Shown piece by piece: positions 35,580 to 44,382 of a stretch of DNA of 60,959 nt (the stretch's first letter is position 1; the number at the start of each line of letters is the position of its first letter). Source of the DNA: Candidatus Melainabacteria bacterium (lineage in GTDB: Bacteria > Cyanobacteriota > Vampirovibrionia > LMEP-6097); contig JABHOV010000051.1 in assembly GCA_018695135.1 (NCBI GenBank), positions 1 to 60,959 on the forward strand, read 5' to 3'. The position numbers and the translations under genes were made by a program. Below the pieces are notes generated by a model that had not been told where the DNA came from, made no database searches, and was given only the letters and a program-made list of their open reading frames with translations.

Positions 35580-36776
35580 CTATTGAGTATTTGCAAGCCT
35601 CGTCAAAATAGCCAAACTCAAATCAACCCTCTCTTCAATAGAATCCAAACAAACAAACTCTTCTGCTGAGTGGATCTTGCCGCCGCGCACCCCAAGGGTA
35701 TCGATATTGACTAAGCCATGTTCATAGAGATTATTACCATCACAGCAACCGCCGGTATCTTTTTTAGAAATGGGGATATTAAGCTCTTTGGCGCAGCTGG
35801 CAATTAAGTCATAAAGCTCTTCTAGTCTGGAGTCTGGGATTTTGGGTTTGCGATTGAATTTGCCGTGAAGTTCTAATTTGATATTTTCTGTTTGCTTAAT
35901 TTTGTCGATGATTTTATTCAACTGATTTTCAACAGTGACCATGTCTTCGTTATTTTCTATTCTAATATTGATGCCGAGGCTCGCTAGGTCAGGAACTACA
36001 TTCAAGGGGCCGCCACCCTCTATTTTGCCAAAGTTGATGATGATGGATTCAGAGTTGAGCTTGTTGGCTGCTTGAATGAAATCTGAAACAGCAAGGATCG
36101 CACTTGCCCCCTCGTTAAAAGCTCTACCAACATGAGCGGCTTTGCCGCGGGCAATTAGTTTGAAGTTGCCAGCTCCTTTGCGGCGATAGGCTATAGAACC
36201 ATCTTCAAGACCGGGTTCATAAATTAATGCAAGGTCATTGTTTGACGCAAGGTCTTTGAATAAAGTCTGCGAACCTGGTGAACCAATCTCCTCGTCTGGG
36301 TTCAAGAATACTTGCCAAGCTATTTTGCCGGCATGTGCGCTTGCTTCAAATTCTTCAAGTGCCTGCATCATTACTACCAAGCCGCCTTTAAGATCAGCCA
36401 CGCCAGGTCCGTTTAAAATATTGTCGTTAATCTCTTTGCAAGTCTGAAACTTGGAATCAATAGGAAAGACCGTGTCCATATGCCCCATCAGCAAAATTGG
36501 TTTTGCGCCAGCATTGGCATTAATTCGTTTGATACGAAGAGCCTTGCCCAGTGGGATTTTGAGTTCTTGACCATTGTCATCGACGCTGATTTGATCAGGA
36601 AGCTCGATTTCCTCGATTTGTATATTTTTAAATCGTTTTTGATACTCTGCTTGGATTTTCAGAGAGACCTGAGCGATGCCGTCTAAGTTATAAGAATGCG
36701 AGTTGATATTGGCTAGAGCCTTAATTAACTCAATTGCCTCTTGATAATGATTACTCTTGTCTTGTTTATTGCTCAA
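35580..36776 (-). CDS. M20-family metallopeptidase/deacylase (carboxypeptidase G2-like)
   Basis: LLMGHMDTVFP, GPGVADLKGG and EEIGSPGS motifs. TTG start. Confidence 0.8.
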   Translation of the reverse strand: MSNKQDKSNHYQEAIELIKALANINSHSYNLDGIAQVSLKIQAEYQKRFKNIQIEEIELPDQISVDDNGQELKIPLGKALRIKRINANAGAKPILLMGHMDTVFPIDSKFQTCKEINDNILNGPGVADLKGGLVVMMQALEEFEASAHAGKIAWQVFLNPDEEIGSPGSQTLFKDLASNNDLALIYEPGLEDGSIAYRRKGAGNFKLIARGKAAHVGRAFNEGASAILAVSDFIQAANKLNSESIIINFGKIEGGGPLNVVPDLASLGINIRIENNEDMVTVENQLNKIIDKIKQTENIKLELHGKFNRKPKIPDSRLEELYDLIASCAKELNIPISKKDTGGCCDGNNLYEHGLVNIDTLGVRGGKIHSAEEFVCLDSIEERVDLSLAILTRLANTQ

Positions 36777-36799
36777 TCCTTATATTGTACGGTATTTTT

Positions 36800-36807
36800 G
36801 CTAGAAT
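36800..36807 (+). promoter_or_regulatory. -10 box (GCTAGAAT) 7 nt upstream of the pheT ATG
   Basis: GCTAGAATATTGCCAATG, with no SD. Confidence 0.35.
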
Positions 36808-36814
36808 ATTGCCA

Positions 36815-39373
36815 ATGAAACTTTCTTACAACTGGTTAAACGATTTTGTTGATTTGAGCGATATTAGCTTAGAGAAATTAGCCGAGGAGCTTACAATGTC
36901 AGCTTTTGAGGTTGAAGGAATTGAGACTACTGGTAATGCACTTGGCAATGACGTTGTTCTTGGGCAAATCAAGGAAATCATTAAGCACCCAGAGGCTGAT
37001 AAATTACAAATCACCCAGACCCAAATTGGTTTTAATAATGATGGTACTGAGAATATTCAGCAAATAGTTTGCGGCGCATCCAATATTGCTGTTGGACAAT
37101 TAGTGCCAGTGGCAACTGTCGGCTCCAAAGTGATTAATAGACATGATGGCACTGAGTTTCAAATCAAAAAATCTAAAATCAGAGGAGTTGAGAGTCTGGG
37201 TATGCTTTGTTCGCCTGATGAACTTGGACTTTCTGAAGCTGCTTTAACTAAGATTAAAGAAAAACAAGCTGACGGTATTTATATCCTAGAGACTACTGAA
37301 AAGATCGGTACGCCTATCGCCAAAGTATTAAATCAAAAACAAGACTATGTACTTGATGTTGGTGCAAGAAGCAATCGCGGGGATGCTCTCTCTGTCTACG
37401 GGCAGGCGCGTGAGATTGCTGCAATCTTTCGCAAGAACCTGTCTGTAAAGCTCCATTCACAAGCCTTGCATCTGGAAGCTTTTCAAACAGGTTCTGAAAC
37501 ATTAGAATTCGATACTTCAGTAAAATCCATCAAACCAGAAATTACCGACAGCAAGGACTGCCAGCTTTTTTATACTATCGCTATTGAAGGTATCGAGATT
37601 AAAGAGTCGCCGCAATGGCTGCAAGATCGGATCAGCGCGATGGGCATTAATCCAATTAATAATGTAGTTGATATTAGTAACTATGTTTTGCTTGAGCTTG
37701 GTCAGCCGATGCATTTCTATGATAGAGCTAAGATCGCCGGAGATAGCTTGACAGTAAGACGCGCGCAGGCAGGCGAGAAGATACTGACTCTCGATGAAAG
37801 CGAAGAAGAGTTGACTGAAATTAATTTGGTGATCGCTGACGGGAAGGGGCCAAGCTCTCTTGCTGGTGTTATGGGCGGTATGGACTCTTCTATTACTGAT
37901 ACAACCAAAGATATAGTGATTGAAGTTGCTGTCTTTGATCCAGCGACTGTGCGTAAAAGCTCAAGAGCTGCAGGGATTGAATCGGAATCTAAGCGCAGGT
38001 TTGAACGCGGTGTTGATAAGGCAATGAGCAAGACCGCTTTACTTAGGGCAGTAGATTTATTGAAAGAATTAGCGAGCCCGGTAGGAGCCCAGTTGAAGTT
38101 GGGTGAGATCTTAGTTGCTGGTTCTGAAGATATTTCTGAACAATCTGTAAGTCTGCGCACTACAGAAATTAAAAGACATCTTGGAATAGATATTGAGTCT
38201 AAACAAGCAATTGATTTACTCGATAGACTCGGTATTAAGTACCAAGGTGGCTCAGATTCCAAGCTCAAATTCTCTATTCCTAGTTTTAGGCAAATTGATA
38301 TAACAAGAGAGGCTGACTTGATTGAAGAATTGGGTAGGCTTTATGGCTTTAGTAATATTCCGGCTCAAAAACCAGTATCCACTGTCGCTGTGCTGCAAGA
38401 ACAAGACCAAAAACAAAAAACTATGGCGAGATTGCGTCAGGCTTTTGTTGCTGCGGGCTTTGCTGAAGCCTGCTTGAGTAGCTTGATTGGGGATAGTCTA
38501 ACAGCCTTGGATGCAATTCCTGCACAGATTACCAAAGCCAAACGTGGTAACTCAATAGCAATGGATAATCCATTGTCACGCGAGCATTGTGTTTTAAGAC
38601 AATCGATGTTGCCAGCTTTGATTCAAGCTGCTAGTAGAAATTATGCTTATGACAAGACTATAGATATTAAATTATTTGAGCTTGGCAAGATTTATCATTT
38701 CATTGGTGACGCTGGTAAAGCCACAGCTAATGACGCCAAGGAAGAAAACAAAGTCGGAGCTATCATGGTTAAGACTGAAGCAGACTGGACTCAAAGCAAG
38801 ACTAAAACCTTGGCTGAGAATTTCTTTTATTTCAAAACTATAATTGAGAATCTTTATCCAAGAGCGAAGTTTCAGGCTATTGATGCTAACGCAGCAGTTG
38901 GGGATTTGCGGGCTGACTCCTTTGTGCATCCGGGAATTTCGGCAGTGGTGCTTCAAGACAACCGTTGTATTGGTTTGATTGCAAAATTGCATCCTAGCCT
39001 TGCCGCTGAGTGGGATTTACCTGATGAGACTTATATTTTAGAGTTGGATCATCCTAAATTGGCACAAGTCAAGTTTAAGCCTATTGCTTCAACACCAATT
39101 ACAGAAAGAGATATAACGGTTGATAGTAATGACCAGACCAATTGTGAAGTGATTCAATCAATGATAGAGAAATCCAAGCTCAAGGATCTTAAGGGTATTA
39201 AGTTGTTGAGTCTTTACCGCAGAGCAGATGAAGAAACAGTATCCAAGAGTTCTACCTTTAGGCTTAAGTTTCAGTCAGAGACTGAGACTTTGAGTGGTGA
39301 AGAGATTGACCAAGAGATTGCAAAATTGAAAAGCAAGCTTGAAGCTGAATTGGGTGTTGCTTTTAGGGTTTAA
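36815..39373 (+). CDS. pheT: Phenylalanyl-tRNA synthetase beta subunit
   Basis: MKLSYNWLNDFVDL N-terminus with tRNA-binding, B3/4, B5 and FDX-ACB regions. No pheS adjacent. Confidence 0.93.
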   Translation: MKLSYNWLNDFVDLSDISLEKLAEELTMSAFEVEGIETTGNALGNDVVLGQIKEIIKHPEADKLQITQTQIGFNNDGTENIQQIVCGASNIAVGQLVPVATVGSKVINRHDGTEFQIKKSKIRGVESLGMLCSPDELGLSEAALTKIKEKQADGIYILETTEKIGTPIAKVLNQKQDYVLDVGARSNRGDALSVYGQAREIAAIFRKNLSVKLHSQALHLEAFQTGSETLEFDTSVKSIKPEITDSKDCQLFYTIAIEGIEIKESPQWLQDRISAMGINPINNVVDISNYVLLELGQPMHFYDRAKIAGDSLTVRRAQAGEKILTLDESEEELTEINLVIADGKGPSSLAGVMGGMDSSITDTTKDIVIEVAVFDPATVRKSSRAAGIESESKRRFERGVDKAMSKTALLRAVDLLKELASPVGAQLKLGEILVAGSEDISEQSVSLRTTEIKRHLGIDIESKQAIDLLDRLGIKYQGGSDSKLKFSIPSFRQIDITREADLIEELGRLYGFSNIPAQKPVSTVAVLQEQDQKQKTMARLRQAFVAAGFAEACLSSLIGDSLTALDAIPAQITKAKRGNSIAMDNPLSREHCVLRQSMLPALIQAASRNYAYDKTIDIKLFELGKIYHFIGDAGKATANDAKEENKVGAIMVKTEADWTQSKTKTLAENFFYFKTIIENLYPRAKFQAIDANAAVGDLRADSFVHPGISAVVLQDNRCIGLIAKLHPSLAAEWDLPDETYILELDHPKLAQVKFKPIASTPITERDITVDSNDQTNCEVIQSMIEKSKLKDLKGIKLLSLYRRADEETVSKSSTFRLKFQSETETLSGEEIDQEIAKLKSKLEAELGVAFRV

Positions 39374-39457
39374 TCGTCTTTGGGTTTAATTCCCCGCAGC
39401 TTGCTGCGCAAAAGGGAAGGTTTTTGAATGAGGGAATTAAAACCAAGTAGACGATTA
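39371..39457. terminator. Long hairpin after pheT (about 24-bp imperfect arms); terminator or small palindromic repeat
   Basis: TAATCGTCTTTGGGTTTAATTCCC ... GGGAATTAAAACCAAGTAGACGATTA. It begins at the pheT stop codon and is followed by AAAAAATAAC (A-rich, no T tract). Confidence 0.4.
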
Positions 39458-39651
39458 AAAAATAACAAAAGATTGCATCGGGGAGCTTCATTCTTGTCAT
39501 CACAGACTTGTTGGTATCGTAAACTAGCAAAATCATCCTCGTATTTACAAAGCTCCTCTCCGATTCGGCGCAGCTGTTGTGGCAGCCCAAGAGCTAGACC
39601 CAATTGCATTTGTAACACACGGATGCCAAATCTCAGCTTCGGTGTTAAGAT

Positions 39652-40497
39652 ATGAACATGCCGCGTAATAAAGAAGTACGGTTTAGTTTCTTGGCTCAGG
39701 CTCTTTTGCTCACTGTTTTATTCACAGCGCCAATGCCTTTTTTATTGCAATTGACTAAAGCTATTCCACTAATAAGTTTGGTACTCGGTGAAGTTAGTTT
39801 GATCTTTTTGATTATTCTTGCGACTATGCCGAAGTCACAAATGCGTAAGATCACCAAGGTCGGAGCCTACTATCTTGGTTTTGTTGCTACGAGTTTTGCG
39901 CTTTTGAGTTTTGTGCCTTTTGATATTAGTCACAAACTCTTTGCTTTTAATGAAGCTAGTTTAGGAGTGCCTAGTTCCGTTACGGTAAATATACTTGGCA
40001 TTATTGTCTTGAATCTCGTTGCCTCACTTGCTTTTGGCTTAGAGCTTAACCGTCATGGTGCGGCTGTACAAGTTGAAGCAGAATCAAGTACTGGTTCACT
40101 TTATGAACTCTATCTTGAGGATTATGAGCAAGGCAATAATAAAGAAGAAACCAAACTTGGAAATATCGAAAGAGCTTTATTGGAGAATTTGCATCCGGAT
40201 ATTACTAGTGCAATATGCGTTGACAACGATGGTAATAGTTTGACGAGTACTTTTTTTCAGTGGAATGGCATGCCACAAGAAACTTTGATTTCTGCTTTTA
40301 CTGAACACAATAGTATAAGTAGAGAGATTAATGGTTCTTCTTTGTGTCAGCTATTGTTGAAGGATCATCACCATTGGTATATGGTTTCAAAATACCGTGG
40401 TAAGTATTTACTATTACAAGCTGCTAATACAAATACCTCGCCTTTGATGGATACTGGTTATAAGGTATTCAAAACTTGTGAAGCGGGTATAAAATAG
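39652..40497 (+). CDS. Membrane protein with C-terminal Roadblock/LC7 (MglB)-like domain
   Basis: About four TM segments. The C-terminus (ITSAICVDNDGNSLTSTF...HHWYMVSKYRGKYLLLQAA) resembles the Roadblock fold pattern. The call is weak. Confidence 0.4.
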   Translation: MNMPRNKEVRFSFLAQALLLTVLFTAPMPFLLQLTKAIPLISLVLGEVSLIFLIILATMPKSQMRKITKVGAYYLGFVATSFALLSFVPFDISHKLFAFNEASLGVPSSVTVNILGIIVLNLVASLAFGLELNRHGAAVQVEAESSTGSLYELYLEDYEQGNNKEETKLGNIERALLENLHPDITSAICVDNDGNSLTSTFFQWNGMPQETLISAFTEHNSISREINGSSLCQLLLKDHHHWYMVSKYRGKYLLLQAANTNTSPLMDTGYKVFKTCEAGIK

Positions 40498-40501
40498 ACA
40501 T

Positions 40502-41587
40502 ATGATCAAGAAGTTTTTACAGTTAGTTTTAGATACAGGGGCTAGTGATTTACACATTTCTGCTGGTGAGCCGCCAATGCTTAGAATCAATGGTGTTTTA
40601 CAGAGAACAGATTTTGCGATTTTTGATAAAGAACAAGTCAAAAAAGTTTGCTATAGCTTTCTTACTGAAAAACAAGCCAAGACACTTGATGAAACGAATG
40701 AGCTTGATCTTTCTCATGGTATCGATGGCATGGGTAGATTCAGGATCAATGTTTATAAAGATAGACTTGGTTATGCTGCTGCTTTCAGAATTATTACTGA
40801 AAATATCCCTTCACTTGAGCAGTTGGGTTTGCCGGCTACTACCAAAGATGTAGCGAAATTACCAAGAGGTTTAGTTTTGGTTACCGGACCTACTGGTTCT
40901 GGTAAATCAACTACACTTGCTGCAATTATGGACTGGATTAATACTCACAGAGCTGAGCATATTTTGACGATTGAAGATCCAATTGAGTTTGTCCACAAAT
41001 CCAAGAAGAGTCTGATTAATCAAAGGGAAGTTGGAGCTGATACTTATAGTTTTAGTGCCGCTCTCAAGTCTGCTCTGCGTGAGGATCCTGATGTGATCTT
41101 GATTGGTGAGATGCGTGACCTTGAAACAATTTCACTTGCAGTTACTGCAGCTGAAACCGGTCACTTGGTTTTTGGTACTTTGCATACTAGCTCTGCTGCT
41201 ACAACTATCGATAGATTGGTTGATGTATTCCCGCATGAACAGCAAGCACAAATCAGAATTCAATTAAGTGGTTCACTCAAGGCTGTGCTTTCACAAACCC
41301 TACTTCCCAAGAAAGACGGTAGCGGTAGATGTATGGCTATGGAGATCATGACAGTGACTCCTGCTATCTCCAACTTGATCCGTGAAGGTAAGACTTCACA
41401 GATCTATTCAGCGATTCAAACAGGCCGTAAAGAAGGTATGCAGACACTTGAGTCCTCACTAGCTGACCTTTACAAACAAGGGCTTGTCCGGATTGAAGAC
41501 ATTATCGCCAAAAGCTCCAAGGCTGATGAATTGCGTAATTTGCTTGGTTCTGATGTGATTACTCAAGAATTGCTTGCGGCTGGTTAG
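40502..41587 (+). CDS. pilT: Type IV pilus retraction ATPase
   Basis: GPTGSGKSTTLAA Walker A, ILIGEMRD and GHLVFGTLHT. 361 aa. Confidence 0.92.
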   Translation: MIKKFLQLVLDTGASDLHISAGEPPMLRINGVLQRTDFAIFDKEQVKKVCYSFLTEKQAKTLDETNELDLSHGIDGMGRFRINVYKDRLGYAAAFRIITENIPSLEQLGLPATTKDVAKLPRGLVLVTGPTGSGKSTTLAAIMDWINTHRAEHILTIEDPIEFVHKSKKSLINQREVGADTYSFSAALKSALREDPDVILIGEMRDLETISLAVTAAETGHLVFGTLHTSSAATTIDRLVDVFPHEQQAQIRIQLSGSLKAVLSQTLLPKKDGSGRCMAMEIMTVTPAISNLIREGKTSQIYSAIQTGRKEGMQTLESSLADLYKQGLVRIEDIIAKSSKADELRNLLGSDVITQELLAAG

Positions 41588-41789
41588 GTAAAAGCTCAAT
41601 AATTTGAGGACAAGGTTTTTCTCTATTCATAAACATAGACGGAGCAGAAACAAAACGAATTTTCAAAAAAGCAATCTCGCAAAGCCAGCAGCTTCTTTGA
41701 AGCTGTGCTGTAGTCGCTTTGCTACAAAACCTTTTTTGAGAAATTGTTTTGTCCACGCTCCTTAATTCCTCAAATTATTGAGCTTTTAC
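41588..41789. mobile_element. MITE, family C (202 bp) with 23-bp perfect TIRs and an 8-bp target-site duplication (TSD)
   Basis: TIR GTAAAAGCTCAATAATTTGAGGA (41588-41610) pairs with its reverse complement (41767-41789). Direct repeat CTGGTTAG at 41580-41587 and 41790-41797. Confidence 0.8.
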
Positions 41790-41997
41790 CTGGTTAGGGG
41801 AATCTTAATTTAAGATATTATATGTAAACTAGGGTTCTCCTTGTGTTTCCTGGTGATTCCAGGTATGGGGTTTTTGTGATACCCGGGGTGTGCTTTTGAG
41901 ATTATCGATTTTTAATAGACTTGTAGCTTAGATGTCGGTAAAATAATAATCAATGGTTCTTCCTGGTCTGATTTTATTTACTCTTTATTTATTGCAC

Positions 41998-42585
41998 ATG
42001 ATTTTTTATGCGCCGGGGAATTTGGTTGATTGGCAAATTCGTTTGTATATGATGCTTGGTTTATTGCGCATTGATAATTATCGCAAGGAAGCTGTCCAGC
42101 CTAATAGTCTTGATGTGCATATGGCTAGAGACTTTGCTAGACAAATGGCAGATGGAAGTTTTGAAACTTTTGAAGCGGATTTTATTACGCTTAGCCCAGG
42201 TGAGTTTGTACTCGCAACTACCGAAGAGTATTTTTATTTTCCGAGTTATATCCACGGAGTACTGCAAGGCAAAAGCTCTTGGGCAAGGCTTGGGCTCTAT
42301 GTTGAGTCAGCTGGTTTGTTTGATAGTGGTTTTCAAGGAGAGGCTGTTGTTGAACTAACTAATCAAGGCAAGACACCTTTGGTGCTGCAATCGGGTAAAG
42401 CAATTGCACAAATGATTTTTGCTAAAAATCTTTTTGTTGCTAATCCTTACGGTAAGAAAAAACATGGTGCGAGTAATTATCAAGGACAACGCGGCGCTAA
42501 GCAAAGTGCACTTGATAGAGTTATTGCCAAGGACCGTAATAAGCAAGATGAGTTGAGCTTTGCAACTAAGGCCGAGCTTAACTAA
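41998..42585 (+). CDS. dcd: dCTP deaminase
   Basis: QPNSLDVHM, GKSSWARLGL and GFQGEAVVELTN..IAQMIF follow the Dcd/dUTPase-fold pattern. The start is uncertain (41953-42049). Confidence 0.8.
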   Translation: MIFYAPGNLVDWQIRLYMMLGLLRIDNYRKEAVQPNSLDVHMARDFARQMADGSFETFEADFITLSPGEFVLATTEEYFYFPSYIHGVLQGKSSWARLGLYVESAGLFDSGFQGEAVVELTNQGKTPLVLQSGKAIAQMIFAKNLFVANPYGKKKHGASNYQGQRGAKQSALDRVIAKDRNKQDELSFATKAELN

Positions 42586-43503
42586 ATGTCCATCAAGCCC
42601 TTAACTGCATTTGCTTTGAGTCTTGGGCTTGGAGCTTCTAGTTTGGCGACTGCTGCTGATAAACCAACTATCGCTAAAGCCAAGCCTGAAGTCACTCAAG
42701 AAGAATTACATAGCCCGCTTGTTAGAAATGAGTCGAATCTTTTACAGACGAAAGTTGCTCAGCTAAGAAAACATGCCCCTTCTTTTAGTGCAAATGATTT
42801 GCGTGAAGAGCTAAACGACTTGGTTGATTTATTTAAAGAGCGTAGTTTGATTTCTAATGATGAAGCTCGAGATATCAAAGATCCTTTGATTCAGGAAACT
42901 ACTGATGCAGACTTGCACGAACTTGCTGATAATTTATTTGTGACTTTTGCACATACTTTAAGTGAAGCGCTTAAAGAATACAAAGTCAAAATTGCAACTG
43001 AGCGTAGAGCAAGTCGAGCTGCTGAAGAGAAAGAGAAATTACTTTTGTTTCTTGGTTATTCTGAGCTTGTGAGCCCAGCTGAGCTTAAAAAACTTGCTAA
43101 GCAGACCTTAATAGAAATTCGAGGATACGAACGCAAAGCACAGCGACGTGACACTTTAATCAAAACAATCAAAACCCTTGATGATATTTTCGGTCTCTTT
43201 GATCCTGCGATGAAGGAGCGCTATGAACCGGAAGTGAGAGCTATCAAAAAGAAGAGCTTGAAAGACAAAGATATAAATGAAACTCTCGAGCGTTTAGAGT
43301 TTTTAAGATTTAAGATGCTTGCGGCATTGAAAGGGCATCAAGTTGCTTCAAATAGTTCTTCTGAAACTCATCGGTCTGGATATCTGGAGTCCAAAGGATC
43401 AAGGCAGATTCCCCGTCACTTTCATAATAGTTCTTACGTATCCCCTGTTGCTGAAAATCATAACGGGCATAGAGCTTTTGGGCAGCGGCGTTACTCAACC
43501 TAA
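42586..43503 (+). CDS. Secreted coiled-coil hypothetical protein
   Basis: Signal peptide MSIKPLTAFALSLGLGASSLATA. The last roughly 64 codons run antisense to rimI. Confidence 0.45.
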   Translation: MSIKPLTAFALSLGLGASSLATAADKPTIAKAKPEVTQEELHSPLVRNESNLLQTKVAQLRKHAPSFSANDLREELNDLVDLFKERSLISNDEARDIKDPLIQETTDADLHELADNLFVTFAHTLSEALKEYKVKIATERRASRAAEEKEKLLLFLGYSELVSPAELKKLAKQTLIEIRGYERKAQRRDTLIKTIKTLDDIFGLFDPAMKERYEPEVRAIKKKSLKDKDINETLERLEFLRFKMLAALKGHQVASNSSSETHRSGYLESKGSRQIPRHFHNSSYVSPVAENHNGHRAFGQRRYST

Positions 43504-43888
43504 CCTCAAGGCTAATAGATTTGATTTTGGCAGCGATAGCATCAGCAATGAGCGCGATGATAATTGATTCAGCGATTTTTTGGCGACGATAATCTGGATC
43601 GGTACCAAGAGTCATGATGTGCATTTCATCGAGGACGTGCCAGGCGCCGCCGTAACCTAAGACCTCACTAGTGTCTACACCTGCTTCATCAAGTTTGGAA
43701 GCCACAAAGTAACTAGCATTGGGGTTAGCTAGCTCATTCGTAAAAATATTGCGGGTCCAATGCATTTCACCAAATACAATTGGATCAAGTTCTGCAACTC
43801 TGTCTACATCACTAAGATACATTTTGCGGATGCAGTAGCGAGGGTTGGTTGCAAGGGCTGCTTTGGCTTGACCTACAACTTTGTTCAT
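43310..43888 (-). CDS. rimI: GNAT acetyltransferase (RimI-like)
   Basis: GNAT core LGTDPDYRRQKIAESII..., SLEVRLSNAAAQKLYARYDF. ATGA overlap with the folK stop. Confidence 0.8.
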   Translation of the reverse strand: MNKVVGQAKAALATNPRYCIRKMYLSDVDRVAELDPIVFGEMHWTRNIFTNELANPNASYFVASKLDEAGVDTSEVLGYGGAWHVLDEMHIMTLGTDPDYRRQKIAESIIIALIADAIAAKIKSISLEVRLSNAAAQKLYARYDFQQQGIRKNYYESDGESALILWTPDIQTDEFQKNYLKQLDALSMPQAS

Positions 43889-44382
43889 TTAGCGTAACCT
43901 TTTGCATTGGATTGCTTCGCTGTCGCTCGCAATGACGTTTGATGACGCTTAATTTCTTCAAGCGGCTTCATCACAAAATCACGTTCTTGCATTCTTGGAT
44001 GCGGCAATATCAATCTTTCTTCGTCCATCTCAAGATCACCAAAGCGAAGAATATCGATATCAAGTTGGCGCGATAATTTGCGGCCTCTTGAATTGCGATC
44101 TGGATCAATGTGCATTTCAAGGTCTAATACAAAATCAAGTAATTGAATTGGATTGAGACTAGTTTGGATTTCGATAACTGAATTAAGGAAGTCTTGAGGA
44201 CCAGCACCCTCAATTGCTGGGTTGTCGTAATGACTCGATTGGGCAATTACTGAAATAGCAGTGTGATTATCAAGTAATTCGATTGCTCTATTAAGATGAT
44301 CTGCTCTATCGCCAAGATTAGACCCTAAGCCAAGGTAGGCTGTAGTAAAATTGTTTTTGACATGATGTTGAATTTGGTCCAA
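43885..44382 (-). CDS. folK: 2-amino-4-hydroxy-6-hydroxymethyldihydropteridine pyrophosphokinase
   Basis: AYLGLGSNLGDR and RQLDIDILRF motifs. TTG start. The C-terminal tail is encoded by a half copy of repeat family D. Confidence 0.85.
   Translation of the reverse strand: MDQIQHHVKNNFTTAYLGLGSNLGDRADHLNRAIELLDNHTAISVIAQSSHYDNPAIEGAGPQDFLNSVIEIQTSLNPIQLLDFVLDLEMHIDPDRNSRGRKLSRQLDIDILRFGDLEMDEERLILPHPRMQERDFVMKPLEEIKRHQTSLRATAKQSNAKGYAK
43909..43937. repeat. Family D repeat, half copy inside the folK 3' end
   Basis: GGATTGCTTCGCTGTCGCTCGCAATGACG compares with GGATTGCCACGCCCTGCGGGCTCGCAATGACG at 32039-32069. Confidence 0.5.

Noticed and set aside
37717-38268. 183-aa antisense ORF inside pheT, and similar nested ORFs at 836-1165, 49940-50308 and 54057-54482
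   Set aside because: They lie wholly inside well-supported genes on the opposite strand. Their composition is Ser/Leu-rich or low-complexity, as expected for antisense frames, and they have no motifs.
39370-39655. Small ORFs (75-82 aa, both strands) between pheT and the membrane protein gene
   Set aside because: They are mutually overlapping, run through the post-pheT hairpin, and have no SD or motif. A short real gene or sRNA cannot be excluded, but the sequence alone does not support one.
41559-41756. 65-aa ORF inside the pilT-proximal MITE, and likewise 11384-11584 and 50535-50867 inside family B repeats
   Set aside because: They are entirely repeat-derived, with no start context, and the sequences are palindromic.
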